Positions 44,856 to 56,044 are shown, counted from the first letter of the stretch. The stretch is 64,000 bases of DNA from an uncultured Gemmatimonadales bacterium (GCA_963821525.1 CAWGED010000005.1:384001-448000); one strand, 5' to 3'. A program made the numbers and translations. The notes: generated by a model not told the origin, from the sequence alone.

Positions 44856-45248
44856 ATGGTTACGAAAGAGGATATCGAGAGTTTCCTGGACCGGATAGAC
44901 AGCGGGACCGCGAGCGTCGGCGAGGTCAAGCCGGGCACCTGGGTGGTGAAGACCGTGGGGGGCGCGGAAGTTGTAGTACACTATGCCCCACCGGTGGTGA
45001 TTTTGCGCGTGACGGTGATGACCCTGCCGGCCGCAACACCCCGGCGCTCCGAGTTGCTCCGGGAGCTGCTCGAGTTGAACGCCCGGGATCTGGTGCACGG
45101 CGCGTACGGCCTGGAAGGAGATCAGGTGGTGCTCACCGACACGCTGGAACTGGAAAACCTCGATTTCAACGAGTTCGAGGCGAGCTTCGATTCGATCACG
45201 CTCGCGCTGGCACAGCACCTCGGCGCCCTCGCGCCCTACCGGGAGTAA
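44856..45248 (+). CDS. CesT/YbjN/YjfI-like (T3SS-chaperone fold) protein
   Basis: Acidic ~130 aa, 'LLRELLELNA..LVHGAYGL..DQVVLTDTLELENLDFNEF'; directly before pspA. Confidence 0.72.
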   Translation: MVTKEDIESFLDRIDSGTASVGEVKPGTWVVKTVGGAEVVVHYAPPVVILRVTVMTLPAATPRRSELLRELLELNARDLVHGAYGLEGDQVVLTDTLELENLDFNEFEASFDSITLALAQHLGALAPYRE

Positions 45249-45256
45249 CCGTCGTC

Positions 45257-46031
<775 letters not shown>

Positions 46032-46033
46032 GC

Positions 46034-46157
46034 GGGAGACGGAAGACGGGAGAAGGGAGACGGGGGCCTGGAGGATGGCCCCCTGTTTCATTCCCCCTTC
46101 AACTTCCGGCTTGATGGCTTACTTTCTTCCCGTCTCCTTTCCCGTCTCCCGTCTCCC
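46034..46157. repeat. Inverted heptamer arrays GGGAGAC / GTCTCCC
   Basis: Seen directly after the pspA stop. Confidence 0.85.
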
Positions 46158-46168
46158 ACTGAAAGACC

Positions 46169-47264
46169 ATGCACGGCTCTCGCTTCCTGATCCTCGCCGA
46201 CGGCGAATTCGGCCCGCTCACCTCCAAGACCGCCAACTCCGTAATCCGCTACCTGGAAGACCGGGTCGTGGCGTGTGGTGGACGGTGTCCATGCCGGGAA
46301 AACCGCCCAGGACGTCATCGGCTTCGGCGGGCGGATTCCGGTGGTCGGGAGCATGCGTGAGGGGCTGAGCTACAAGCCTGACGCGGTCCTGATCGGCATC
46401 GCGCCGGTCGGGGGCAAGCTGCCCGATCAGTGGAGGCAGTGGCTCGCGGAGGCCATCGATGCCGGGTGCAGCATCTGGAGCGGGCTGCACACCTTCATCT
46501 CCGACGACACCATGCTGGCCGAGCGGGCCAAGGCCCGCGGGGTGAAGATTCACGACCTGCGGCGCCCCCCTCCGAACCTGCCGGTTGCGTCGGGCAAGGC
46601 GAAGGAGGTCGATCCGTTCGTGATCCTTACGGTGGGGACCGACTGCAACGTTGGGAAGATGACCGCCCAGCTGCAGATCACGAAGCAGCTGAACGACCGC
46701 GGAATCCGCACCCGCTTCGTCGCGACCGGGCAGACCGGCATCATGATCGAAGGATGGGGAATCGCGGTGGACGCGGTAGTGGCGGACTTCATTGCCGGCG
46801 CCGCCGAGTGGCTGGTGCTCGAAGGCAGCAAGGATGCCGACATCGTTCTGGTAGAAGGGCAGGGAAGCCTCAATCATCCAGGCTATTCGGGCGTCACCTG
46901 CGGCCTGCTGCACGGTTCCTGCCCCGATGCCCTGATTCTCTGTCACCAGGCCACCCGGACCTACATCGGAGACTATCGCCCCGCGGCGTGGCTCAAGATG
47001 CCGTCACTCAAGGAGTACGTGCGGCTCTACGAGTCGTTGGCGGCCTACGTGCATCCGACCAAGACCGTCGGCATCGCGCTCAACACCTTCGATCTCTCCG
47101 AAGCGGACGCCCTCGCCGCCTGCGCCGACGCAACCCGCGAGACGGGACTCCCCTGTACCGACCCGGTGCGGTTCGATCCCTCGGTGCTGGTAGATGCTGT
47201 GGCCAGTGCCCGGGAAGCGTATCTAAAGGCGAGAGGCCGTCAGCCGTCAGCGGCTAGCCGCTAG
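46169..47264 (+). CDS. DUF1611 domain protein (DgcN-like P-loop); frameshift near 46275
   Basis: 'KTANSVIRY', 'GLHTF', 'GTDCNVGKMT', 'ATGQTG', 'VEGQGSL.HPGYSGV'. Confidence 0.85.
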
Positions 47265-47429
47265 GTGTTAGCGATTAGCTGTTAGCTGTGAGCTCTCAGG
47301 TATTAGCTCTCAGCTGACGGCTGATGGCTGACGGCTAACTACACTCCGGCTCGGCCCGTTCCCTGTTCCCTGTTCCCTGTTCCCTGTTCCCTGTTCCCGC
47401 TTTCTCCTGACACCTGACACCTGACACCT
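47236..47429. repeat. Compound heptamer arrays: GCCGTCA/TGACGGC inverted, AGCTGTT-like, (CCCTGTT)n, (CCTGACA)3
   Basis: Seen directly. Confidence 0.88.
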
Positions 47430-47438
47430 CCGCCCCCT

Positions 47439-48377
47439 TTGCACCCCCTCTCCATCTCATCCCTCACCAAGACCTATCCCGGCCCCAAGCCGGTGACCGC
47501 GCTCGATGGCGTGGATCTGGAAGTGGAAGCAGGTGAGATCTTCGGGTTGCTGGGTCCCAATGGCGCGGGGAAGACCACGACCGTCGGCGTCTGTACTACG
47601 CGCGTACGGCCGACCGCCGGTCGAGTTCTGGTCGAGGGTAAGGACGTCACTGCCGACCCGGCCGGAGTGAAGCGCTCGATCGGTGTGGTAACTCAGCAGA
47701 ATACGCTCGACCGCTCCTGTACGGTCAGGGAAAATCTCTACTATCACTGCCGCTTCTTCGGGATGGCCGGGCGGGAGGCAGCGCAGCGAACCGACAAGGT
47801 GCTGCAGCAGCTTGCGCTGACCGATCGCGCAGATGCGCTCCCCACGACGCTCTCCGGCGGACTCGCTCAGAGAGTTCAGATCGCCCGAGCCATTGCCCAC
47901 CAGCCGAGGATTCTCTTTCTCGATGAGCCGACTGCTGGTCTCGATCCGCAGAGCCGGCTTGCGTTATGGGAACTGGTGGCTCGCCTGCGGCAGGAGGGAA
48001 TCACGGTCCTGCTGACCACGCACTATATGGAAGAAGCCGACCGCCTGAGCGACCGGGTCGCCATCATCGACCATGGCAAGGTGCTGGTCATCGACACGCC
48101 CGCCGCTCTCAAGCGCGGGCTCGGTGCGGGGACTGTTGTCGAGATCCACCTTGATCGGCCGGAAGAAAACCTCGTGTCAGCGATGCAGGCTTTGCCAGAC
48201 GTGGCCGAAGTAATTCGAACCGATTCGGGGTTACGTCTCCTGGCGCGGGGCAGGGAGGGGCTTCTCCCTCGGCTGGTGGAAATGGCCCTGCCCTACGGTC
48301 TTCGCGATGTGGCAGTAACCGAGCCCACCCTCGAAACCGTGTTCCTCAAACTCACCGGCCGAGCCCTTCGTGAGTAA
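47439..48377 (+). CDS. ABC transporter ATP-binding protein (DrrA-like)
   Basis: 'GPNGAGKTT', 'LSGG', 'LDEPTAGLDP', 'TTHYMEEA'. Confidence 0.93.
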   Translation: MHPLSISSLTKTYPGPKPVTALDGVDLEVEAGEIFGLLGPNGAGKTTTVGVCTTRVRPTAGRVLVEGKDVTADPAGVKRSIGVVTQQNTLDRSCTVRENLYYHCRFFGMAGREAAQRTDKVLQQLALTDRADALPTTLSGGLAQRVQIARAIAHQPRILFLDEPTAGLDPQSRLALWELVARLRQEGITVLLTTHYMEEADRLSDRVAIIDHGKVLVIDTPAALKRGLGAGTVVEIHLDRPEENLVSAMQALPDVAEVIRTDSGLRLLARGREGLLPRLVEMALPYGLRDVAVTEPTLETVFLKLTGRALRE

Positions 48378-49230
48378 CCCGCCGAGCCGAACCGCCGAGC
48401 CGAGCCGCCGAGCCGCCGAGCCGCCGAGCCGCCGAGCTGGTGGCTGGGTCGCCAGCCTGTGGGGCATGATCCTTCGCGATCTCACCGTGCTGCGCCGGAA
48501 TCTGGCTCCGTTCATCACCCGCACCGTGATGAACCCGCTGCTCTTCGTTTTCATCTTCACCTATGTGTTGCCGAGGATCGGGCAGCAGGTGGAAACGGGG
48601 ATCGCCGGTGTCAGCTATGCCACCATTCTGGTTCCCGGCCTCGTCGCGGTAGGGATGGTGTTTCAAGGCATCTCCGCGGTTGCATTGCCGCTCTCGATGG
48701 AGCTTGGTGCTACCCGGGAGATCGAAGACCGGGTGCTGGCGCCCGTCCCGGTCGAGCTCGTGGCGATCGAAAAGCTGGTCTTCGGTGCGGCGCAGGGCGT
48801 TCTGGCGGGCGCCGTTGTCTTCCCGCTGGTCTACCTCATACCGGCCACCTCGGTATCGATACATGTAGCCAACTGGCCGCTTCTGATCGTCGTCGTCCTG
48901 CTCGCCAGCCTGACCTCCGGTGCTCTGGGCCTCGCCCTGGGCACCATCGTGCGCCCCGCCCAGATCGGACTCATGTTCGCGCTCGTCGTCGTGCCGATCA
49001 CCTTTCTGGGTTGCGTGTACTATCCCTGGGCGATGCTCCACTCGGTGCGTTGGCTCCAGATTCTGGTCATGGTCAACCCGCTGGTCTACATGAGCGAGGG
49101 ACTCCGGGCCGCACTGACGCCTGACCTCCCCCACATGCCGGTCTGGGGCTTTCTCGGCGCTCTGACCGCCGCGACCCTGATCCTCGGTACCGTCGGCGTC
49201 CGCGCCTTCGTGCGGCGGACGATCGCCTGA
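48370..49230 (+). CDS. ABC-2 permease (DrrB-like); N-terminus encoded by a GCCGAGCC repeat
   Basis: 6-TM pattern, 'NPLVYMSEGLR'. Confidence 0.88.
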   Translation: MSNPPSRTAEPSRRAAEPPSRRAGGWVASLWGMILRDLTVLRRNLAPFITRTVMNPLLFVFIFTYVLPRIGQQVETGIAGVSYATILVPGLVAVGMVFQGISAVALPLSMELGATREIEDRVLAPVPVELVAIEKLVFGAAQGVLAGAVVFPLVYLIPATSVSIHVANWPLLIVVVLLASLTSGALGLALGTIVRPAQIGLMFALVVVPITFLGCVYYPWAMLHSVRWLQILVMVNPLVYMSEGLRAALTPDLPHMPVWGFLGALTAATLILGTVGVRAFVRRTIA

Positions 49231-49282
49231 CCCCGGCGGCTCTCGGGGGTGGCCGAATGTCGCCGGTCGAAACGGTCCCTAG

Positions 49283-50011
49283 TTGCGCGGGAGCGCGCCG
49301 TTACACACTGTAGAAGCGGTGGCTTTCCGGGGCTGCCCCGTGACTTTCCATTTCTGGACCCAGCCGGTTTCTCCTCGAGCTACGGTGTTGGCGAGCCTCG
49401 CCAGCGCCGCCGTTCATGCATTTGTAGTCACGGTAGTTGTCCCGACCGGCCTCCAACCGGCCAAGGAAGACCTGGACCGGCTGCTCCCCGCCCTATATCT
49501 GATTGCCCCGAATCGACAGCCGCAGGCCCCGCGGGAAATGCACATGGTCGCCATCCCGCTCGGCAACCTTCCGTTCGCGCAGCCCGAGAAACAACTGGCG
49601 GCTGACGGGGAGGGGATTCTCCCGAGGCGGCCTATCCTGGAGGGAATGCTCCCGGATGGTGTGCCCGAGATCGCGCTCGACTCGGTGTTCAGCGTTCTCG
49701 ACGTGGACTCACAGGTAGTCCGATACGCATCGAGTGCCGCGCCAGACTACCCGGCGAGTTTACTCAAGGCGGGAATCGAGGGAGCGGTGGAGTCGGAGTT
49801 CGTGGTTGATACCACCGGAATCGTGGACCTGACGTCGGTGAGAATTCTGTTTGCGACGGACCCCGCCTTCACCCGCTCGGTGCAGGATGCTCTCTATGAC
49901 ATGCGGTTCCGTCCTGCCATCCGCGGGACTCAGAAGGTCCGGCAACTGGTCCACCAGCGATTCACCTTCCAGATCCAGTTGCCGCCGCGCCCGGGAAGTC
50001 CGGCGTCCTGA
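49283..50011 (+). CDS. TonB C-terminal domain protein (start uncertain)
   Basis: 'PDYPASLLKAGIEGAVESEFVVDTTG...MRFRPA...VHQRFTF'. Confidence 0.8.
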   Translation: MRGSAPLHTVEAVAFRGCPVTFHFWTQPVSPRATVLASLASAAVHAFVVTVVVPTGLQPAKEDLDRLLPALYLIAPNRQPQAPREMHMVAIPLGNLPFAQPEKQLAADGEGILPRRPILEGMLPDGVPEIALDSVFSVLDVDSQVVRYASSAAPDYPASLLKAGIEGAVESEFVVDTTGIVDLTSVRILFATDPAFTRSVQDALYDMRFRPAIRGTQKVRQLVHQRFTFQIQLPPRPGSPAS

Positions 50012-50014
50012 GGC

Positions 50015-51457
50015 TCAAAGAGCGGCGCCGGTTTTCGTCACCGCACTCAGCAGGGTTTCAAAGTCTTCCCACCTGCTTCGGTGGTTGGTAATCGCCACTC
50101 GAATCGCGTAGCGCCCATCCAGGACTGTTCCAGACGGTACCGCAATTCCCGCCTCCTGAATGCGGAGGAGGATCTCCTCGTTGGCTGTGTTGATTTGATC
50201 TTCTGATCGTCCCTTCGGCGCATACCGGAAGCACACGATGTTGAGCGACACCGGGGTCAACAACTCCAGGTCGGTATGCCTGGCGACCAGCTCGCCGAGG
50301 CGCCGGGCGTGTTCCACGTTCTGCTCGATGATGCGGACGAACTGCCGGAGCCCGTGGGCCTTGAGCGAGAGCCACACCTTGAGGGCGCGGAATGACCGGG
50401 TGAGCTCGATGCCGCGGTCTGCGAAGGGCATTCCCCCCGCAACAACCCCGCGACTCGTGCGGGAGAGATACGCGGCCTGCACTGCGAAGGTCTGTCGGTG
50501 CATCTCCGGATCCCGCACCAGAACACAGGCGATCTCGAACGGCAGGTACATCCACTTGTGCAGATCGAAGGCGAGCGAATCGGCCCGTTCCATGCCCGCT
50601 ACCAGCGGAGCCAGGCGCGGCGAGAGCCGGGCCAGAGCGCCGAAGGCTCCATCGACATGAAACCACAGCTGCTCGTCCCGACAGAGATCCGCGAGAGCGG
50701 TGAGATCGTCAATCGCCCCGGTGTTGACGGTACCGGCGTTCCCGATCACGCAGAACGGGCGAAGCCCGGCCTGCCGGTCGGCCGCGATGGCCTTTCCCAG
50801 CTCGGGAAGTGAGATCCGGTAGCTGCTGTCTACCGGAATCAGCCGCAATGCCTCGCTGCCCAGCCCCAGGAGCTCCGCCCCCTTCCGGGCCCAGCTATGA
50901 CTTTCCGTGGAGCCATAGAACACGAGTTTCCTGTGTTTGTCTCCCTGCAGTCCCTCCCGGCGAACGTCGAAGCCTGCCTTTGCATGGCGCGCGACGGTGA
51001 GGCCGAGGATATTCGCCATCGTGCCTCCCGTAGCGAGGACACCGCTCGTTTCCGGTGGCATCCCCATCAGCTCGGTGAACCAGCGCAGCACTTGGTGCTC
51101 GACCTCGGCTGGTGCCTGGTTGAACCCGGCCAGGTGCGCGTTGAGTCCCGAAGCGAGCATGTCGGCCATCATGCCCAACGGGGTGCCGGTCCCCTGGACC
51201 CAGCCCCAGAAACGGGGATGGTGATTGCCGTTGGTATAGGGAAGTACGTCACGCAGGAACTGGTCATACGCCGCTTCGGCGCCCTCGGCTTCAAGCGGGA
51301 CGCCGGAGCCAAACGACGCTCTGGCGGCGGGCGGCATGGACTGCCATGCTGGGGACTCGTGCAGCGAGGCAAAGTGGGCGATCATGTCGTCCACCATTCG
51401 GTGGCTGAGGGTCCGGAAGGCTTCCCAATCGGACGGATCGAGGGTCTGTTCGCTCAT
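50015..51457 (-). CDS. Group II PLP-dependent (aromatic amino acid-like) decarboxylase
   Basis: 'HPRFWGW', 'GGTMAN', 'AGTVNTGAID', 'HVDGAFG', 'DLHKW'. Confidence 0.92.
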   Translation of the reverse strand: MSEQTLDPSDWEAFRTLSHRMVDDMIAHFASLHESPAWQSMPPAARASFGSGVPLEAEGAEAAYDQFLRDVLPYTNGNHHPRFWGWVQGTGTPLGMMADMLASGLNAHLAGFNQAPAEVEHQVLRWFTELMGMPPETSGVLATGGTMANILGLTVARHAKAGFDVRREGLQGDKHRKLVFYGSTESHSWARKGAELLGLGSEALRLIPVDSSYRISLPELGKAIAADRQAGLRPFCVIGNAGTVNTGAIDDLTALADLCRDEQLWFHVDGAFGALARLSPRLAPLVAGMERADSLAFDLHKWMYLPFEIACVLVRDPEMHRQTFAVQAAYLSRTSRGVVAGGMPFADRGIELTRSFRALKVWLSLKAHGLRQFVRIIEQNVEHARRLGELVARHTDLELLTPVSLNIVCFRYAPKGRSEDQINTANEEILLRIQEAGIAVPSGTVLDGRYAIRVAITNHRSRWEDFETLLSAVTKTGAAL

Positions 51458-51529
51458 GCCGTAGTATGCTTAGGGGAGGACAGTGAGGCTATCCGGATTT
51501 GGTCAGGAAGTTGAGGACTGAGGACTGAG

Positions 51530-52418
51530 GTGAGAGCGGATTTGAACCAGCCCGATACGAAGCTCCATCCCGACACCCGCCCCGGCCCCGTCGCACTGAC
51601 GGTGCCGAACCTGCGTCGTTCCCTGGACTTCTACACCTATAGCCTTGGCCTCCAGGTCCACAAGCATCAGGACTCTATCGCCAGCCTCGGCGCCGGCGAA
51701 GAAGATTTGCTTGTCTTGCATGAAATGCCCGGCGCGCGCCAGACCCGAGGCACCACTGGCCTCTATCACTTCGCCCTGTTACTCCCTCCCGGGCACATCT
51801 CGGCAGGGCGTTGGCCCATCTCGTGGAAAACAACACGGCGCTTCAGGGAGCGGCGGATCATCTCGTCAGCGAGGCGTTATACCTCGCGGACCCCGATGGC
51901 AACGGAATCGAGCTGTATCGGGACCGTCCCCGCGAGGAGTGGACCTTCGACGCTGATGGCCTCCGGATGGCTACCGACCCTCTCGATGTCGAAGGACTGT
52001 CCGCCGAAGGTGCTCGAAGTGGCGAGACGTGGTCGGGCATGCCGAGCGGAACCGTCATGGGCCACGTCCACCTTCGGGTGTCGGACATTCCCGCCGCCGA
52101 ACACTTCTATCGTGATCTCCTCGGTCTCGATCTCATGACCCGGTTCGGTGCCTCGGCGTCGTTTCTTTCCGCGGGGGGCTATCACCATCACCTGGCCGCG
52201 AACACCTGGGGAGGAGTCGGTGTGCCGCCTCCACCGGTGGATGCCGCCGGTCTGCGCGAATGGACCCTGGTGGTTCCCGATGAAACGAGGTCAACCGGGC
52301 CGACGAGCGGCTGCACGCCGGTGGAGTGAAGACCGAGCGACTGAAGCACGGGCTGTGGGCTCGGGATCCTGCGGGGAATGCGGTGGTGCTGAGGACTCCT
52401 GCCGGAACGAAGAAGTAG
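51530..52418 (+). CDS. VOC-family protein, CatE/catechol 2,3-dioxygenase-like (frameshifted)
   Basis: 'TGLYHFALLLP', 'ADHLVSEALYLADPDGNGIELY', 'GHVHL', 'AGGYHHHLAAN'. Confidence 0.88.
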
Positions 52419-52422
52419 ACTC
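52334..52422 (+). repeat. Direct repeat copy L (3' end of the VOC gene)
   Basis: 52382-52422 is identical to 60113-60153 (41 bp); degenerate match extends ~50 bp upstream. Confidence 0.92.
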
Positions 52423-52424
52423 GA

Positions 52425-53138
52425 TCTGAGAGTCTCATCAAGCGGGCAGGTGAAGCGCCCGAAGACGGCTCGGTCGACCCGGATCCAGATTCGGAACGGG
52501 CGGATAGAGCTAGATCGTACTGGCGGACGATGCGATACGCCGGGATGCCGTCGAGCTGACGAGCGCCGCGGCGACGCTGTCGGTGCGGGCTGCCGCAACC
52601 GGCGATTCGACGAGGCTTCGCCGCGCCGATCGGTCGAGCCAAGGAGGAGAAACACTGCCGAATCATCCCGATGCCGATATGCCCATCGGCGATCATTTGA
52701 AGAGCAGAGGTGACGGCTCGGCCCGGCGGAGTTCAAAGCGCGCGACGGCGACAGCTGCAGGTATACCAGGGCTCGCGAGTGAAGCCGACGAGGAATCAGG
52801 TGCCTTGTCCCGCGATGGTAAAGGCCGGTGAGGATTCCAAGCGGAGCCGAGTCGACCACTGAGGCGAGCGCCGTTAAGGCATTAGCGTCCGACGATGCAG
52901 ACGGCAACGATGATGGCGCGAATAGCAATCGTGTGGCTGCGCTCCAAGGAGATGCGTCACGCGATCGTCCTGACCGAGTTGGCGCCAACCTACGGCGCGG
53001 TACTGAGCCGAGATGGATGCCGCGATCTCGATCAGGAGCTACCGACGGGGTGCCGGTGTCGGGCCCTCGCAGGACTGAGGCGGCCACGACGACGACCGTG
53101 ACGGCTCCAAAGGTGGTGAACGCGGCGCGGGATTCCAC
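52425..53138 (-). CDS. Hypothetical protein with N-terminal hydrophobic segment (frame uncertain)
   Basis: Starts just after the stop of the 643-aa gene; likely frameshifted. Confidence 0.35.
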
Positions 53139-53144
53139 GGGATC

Positions 53145-55076
53145 CTATCGCAGGCTGCGCGACAACACGTCGAACAGATTGAGCCCCACAAACCAGTAGG
53201 TGCCTTGCGTGTCGCGGCTCAGGTTGTAGCCATATCCTCCAGAGAGGAGGCCGTGCCATAGCGTCAGGTTGACACCCAGGCCGAATTCTATGTTGTCCTC
53301 GGTCTGGTCGAGGTTTGCGAGGTGAAGCCCGAGCGCGGGGTCGAACGCGTTCCAGCTGCGGCGGAACGACGATTGGGGATTGCGGAAGTAATGATGCCAG
53401 CTCACCAACGCGGCTACATTCGGCTTCCATTTTCGCTGCTCCGCACTGCCGTTCACGGCCCGCACGAAGATCACCGCCGAAGAGAATTCCCGATGCCCAC
53501 CCATCAGGCGCGCGTCCAGCCGGTAGGTCGTCTCGTGCAGGGCAGGACCGGCGCCGTCGCCTTTCGCCAGCTGGGAGAACCGCACTACGACCGTTACCCG
53601 GTCTCCTAGCGTCCACCCGGTTCGTTCCAGCTCCACCACTGCAACCGGCAGATCGTCGAGACGGTGGAAGGTGACTTTCGAGACATCCTCCAGGATATCG
53701 GCTGAGGGAATTGCCTGTCCCACCGCAAGACCCAGCACCGTGCGGATCGCGTTCAGCGCCGCGGCAGTAACGGGCAGGTCCCTCTTCAGTGTTTGGGTCA
53801 CCGAGTCCAGACCCTCGAGGTTGAGGGCGTCCGTAACCTGGGCCGTGAGAGTGGCTGGCAGGGTTGCCAGGGTAGCCGATGCGCGGCTGAGGTGAGCCTG
53901 CGCCAACTCCAGCCGGTCAGGGGTCTCCACCAGGTTGTTCTGTATGCTTCCCAGCAGCGACACGATGCCGCTTGGACCAGCCACGAGGTTGGCAAAATCG
54001 GTCGAACTGGGCGCCGTCACTATGGACCGAAGGCGTCTGACCTGAGAAACGGTCGAGTCGACGGTTGAGAGATCGCCCCGAATGCTGTCGATCTGAGATC
54101 GAAGTGTATTCAGACTACGGACGACTGCGGCCGTTGGGTGTTCAGCGCTCAGCCTGTCCAGCGCGCTGCGGGCGTCGGCCAGCTTAGACAGCCACTGGGA
54201 TGGGGCCGACAACGCCTGAAGTACGCTGTCGAGGTGGCCGACAATCCGGCTCGCGGTGGCGTGGATTTCCCGGCGGATTGTGTCGGCATTCGTGGTGATG
54301 CGGTCGATAGCCCGAGCGATCTGCTGGTTGCCCTCGATCTCCGTGCGCAGCCGCTCCTGCTCGGCCGGCGTGAGGTTCATTCCGTACCGGTCGATCGGCC
54401 GCAGCTCCCCCAGCGGCAGCTCGTCGTAGTTCTGCACGTGCAGCTGAGCGCGCTTGCCGTTGACAGGATCTTTGTACGCCATGACCTGGACCACGACGCT
54501 GTCACGGCTGCGGATGAATTCGGCCGTCGCTCGCTGTTCGGCGGCGATGTGGTCCCGCAGCCACCTCGCGAGACCCACGTAGCCGCCGTTCACCGAGTCA
54601 GTGACGACGGCGATCATCTCCTCGTTAGTCATGCCGGCGGCTCTCAGTGCATGCACCGCGGCGCTCACTCGCCCGGTCGTCGCGGTGACGTCCGCCTGGA
54701 ATGACGCGATGGCAGAGCTATCGCTGAGATCGATCACCTTCGCATTGAGGCGAGCAACATCCCTGCCCAGCTGCTCGAGGACTTCGAGTAGCTCGAGCAA
54801 ATGTTTCTGCTCGGCGGTGGCCGCCGCGGAATCCTTGATGGCCGGCGGAGTGAAGGTGAGGACAAGGTCGGCGTTCGCATCGACCTGGGTGCGGACATCG
54901 GGACAGACTTGGAACTTTCCGTCGCGAGCCCTCTCCTCCAGGCGATAGGCGACCCCCGCAAAGGCCGTGTCAACGTCGGCGGGGCAGACAGGTTTCTGGC
55001 CCCAGGCCGAGGCTGGCAGGGTCAGCACCAGCATTGACCCGAGCGAAAGGAGCCGACCGACGCGCCCCGCCATCAC
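53145..55076 (-). CDS. Secreted helical protein with C-terminal beta-strand (OM barrel-like) region
   Basis: Signal peptide, long amphipathic helices, C-terminal strands 'IEFGLGVNLTLW..LSGGYGYNL..YWFVGLNLF'. Confidence 0.7.
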   Translation of the reverse strand: MMAGRVGRLLSLGSMLVLTLPASAWGQKPVCPADVDTAFAGVAYRLEERARDGKFQVCPDVRTQVDANADLVLTFTPPAIKDSAAATAEQKHLLELLEVLEQLGRDVARLNAKVIDLSDSSAIASFQADVTATTGRVSAAVHALRAAGMTNEEMIAVVTDSVNGGYVGLARWLRDHIAAEQRATAEFIRSRDSVVVQVMAYKDPVNGKRAQLHVQNYDELPLGELRPIDRYGMNLTPAEQERLRTEIEGNQQIARAIDRITTNADTIRREIHATASRIVGHLDSVLQALSAPSQWLSKLADARSALDRLSAEHPTAAVVRSLNTLRSQIDSIRGDLSTVDSTVSQVRRLRSIVTAPSSTDFANLVAGPSGIVSLLGSIQNNLVETPDRLELAQAHLSRASATLATLPATLTAQVTDALNLEGLDSVTQTLKRDLPVTAAALNAIRTVLGLAVGQAIPSADILEDVSKVTFHRLDDLPVAVVELERTGWTLGDRVTVVVRFSQLAKGDGAGPALHETTYRLDARLMGGHREFSSAVIFVRAVNGSAEQRKWKPNVAALVSWHHYFRNPQSSFRRSWNAFDPALGLHLANLDQTEDNIEFGLGVNLTLWHGLLSGGYGYNLSRDTQGTYWFVGLNLFDVLSRSLR

Positions 55077-55393
55077 CGCCGGGCTCTCGCCTGATCGATG
55101 GCATCAATCACCGCAAGCAGGTCGTTGGCTTCGGTTCGCAGCAAAGAAGACTGGGGTTTGGGTCCAAACCCCCAAACGATCGCCAGAGCGGTCTGGTCCT
55201 TGTCCCACTCGGCCACCAAATCACGTTGCGGTGCCCGGTAGATCCGGAGCGCGGGCACCAACTTGAACGCAGCCTGGGCGACAGCCCATCCCTTGTCGCT
55301 CTCTTTGCCGATGAAGAGGTACACGGTGAACAGGGGGTTCTTGAGGGCCTCTCGAAACAGCGGCATCGTTTCCGGCGTGAGCACCTCGGCCAT
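55073..55393 (-). CDS. Hypothetical protein
   Basis: 106-aa ORF with GGAGG RBS, overlapping the next start. Confidence 0.6.
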   Translation of the reverse strand: MAEVLTPETMPLFREALKNPLFTVYLFIGKESDKGWAVAQAAFKLVPALRIYRAPQRDLVAEWDKDQTALAIVWGFGPKPQSSLLRTEANDLLAVIDAIDQARARR

Positions 55394-55505
55394 GATGTAG
55401 CCTCCCTCCGCTTTCGCGTACGCATTCAGTCCCGATCACCGATTGGTACAGCGCCTCTCAAAGCATCTCCTCAGATTCTCCTACGGTCGGCACTGCTGTG
55501 TGACG

Positions 55506-56033
55506 TCACCAGATCGGCAGACTCATCCCGATCAATCCACCGAAGTTGTCCTTCTGCAGGAAGCCGAAGACTCGAACCGACCTGATCCCGAACCCCGCCA
55601 GGATCGCGGGCTCCGTGTCGCTCCCCGACGCCCCCAATGCGGCCTCGAAGGTCAGGGTGCGTCCCATGTTGCTCAGGCGTTTGTAACCGCTCGCCAACTC
55701 CCGGTAGCGATTCACCTGCAACTCGAGCTCAGAGGCATAGGCGTTCAGGTGCTCGCGATATGCGACCTCCGCGGAATCACTCTGGCGCTGCAAGGTCAGC
55801 ATCGAATCCCGGATCCGGAGCTGTTGCACGAGGAGGGTCAGGCTGTCATCCAGGATCTGGATCCTCTTCGCCAAGTCGGTCGGTAAGGCCAGAAAGGCCG
55901 CCCCATCGATGGTGAGGGTCCATGACCCGTTAGGCTGCTTCTTCCCGAGTACGACCTGCTGGGCCTGGGCCGTGCGTAGACCGCCCGCCAGCACGAGCAA
56001 GGCAACTAGTAATCCGGCGATGTGACGTGGCAT
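55506..56033 (-). CDS. Exported coiled-coil protein with four C-terminal beta strands
   Basis: Signal peptide 'MPRHIAGLLVALLVLAGGLRTAQA', coiled coil, ends 'GGLIGMSLPIW'. Confidence 0.68.
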   Translation of the reverse strand: MPRHIAGLLVALLVLAGGLRTAQAQQVVLGKKQPNGSWTLTIDGAAFLALPTDLAKRIQILDDSLTLLVQQLRIRDSMLTLQRQSDSAEVAYREHLNAYASELELQVNRYRELASGYKRLSNMGRTLTFEAALGASGSDTEPAILAGFGIRSVRVFGFLQKDNFGGLIGMSLPIW

Positions 56034-56044
56034 GGCGCTCCTCC

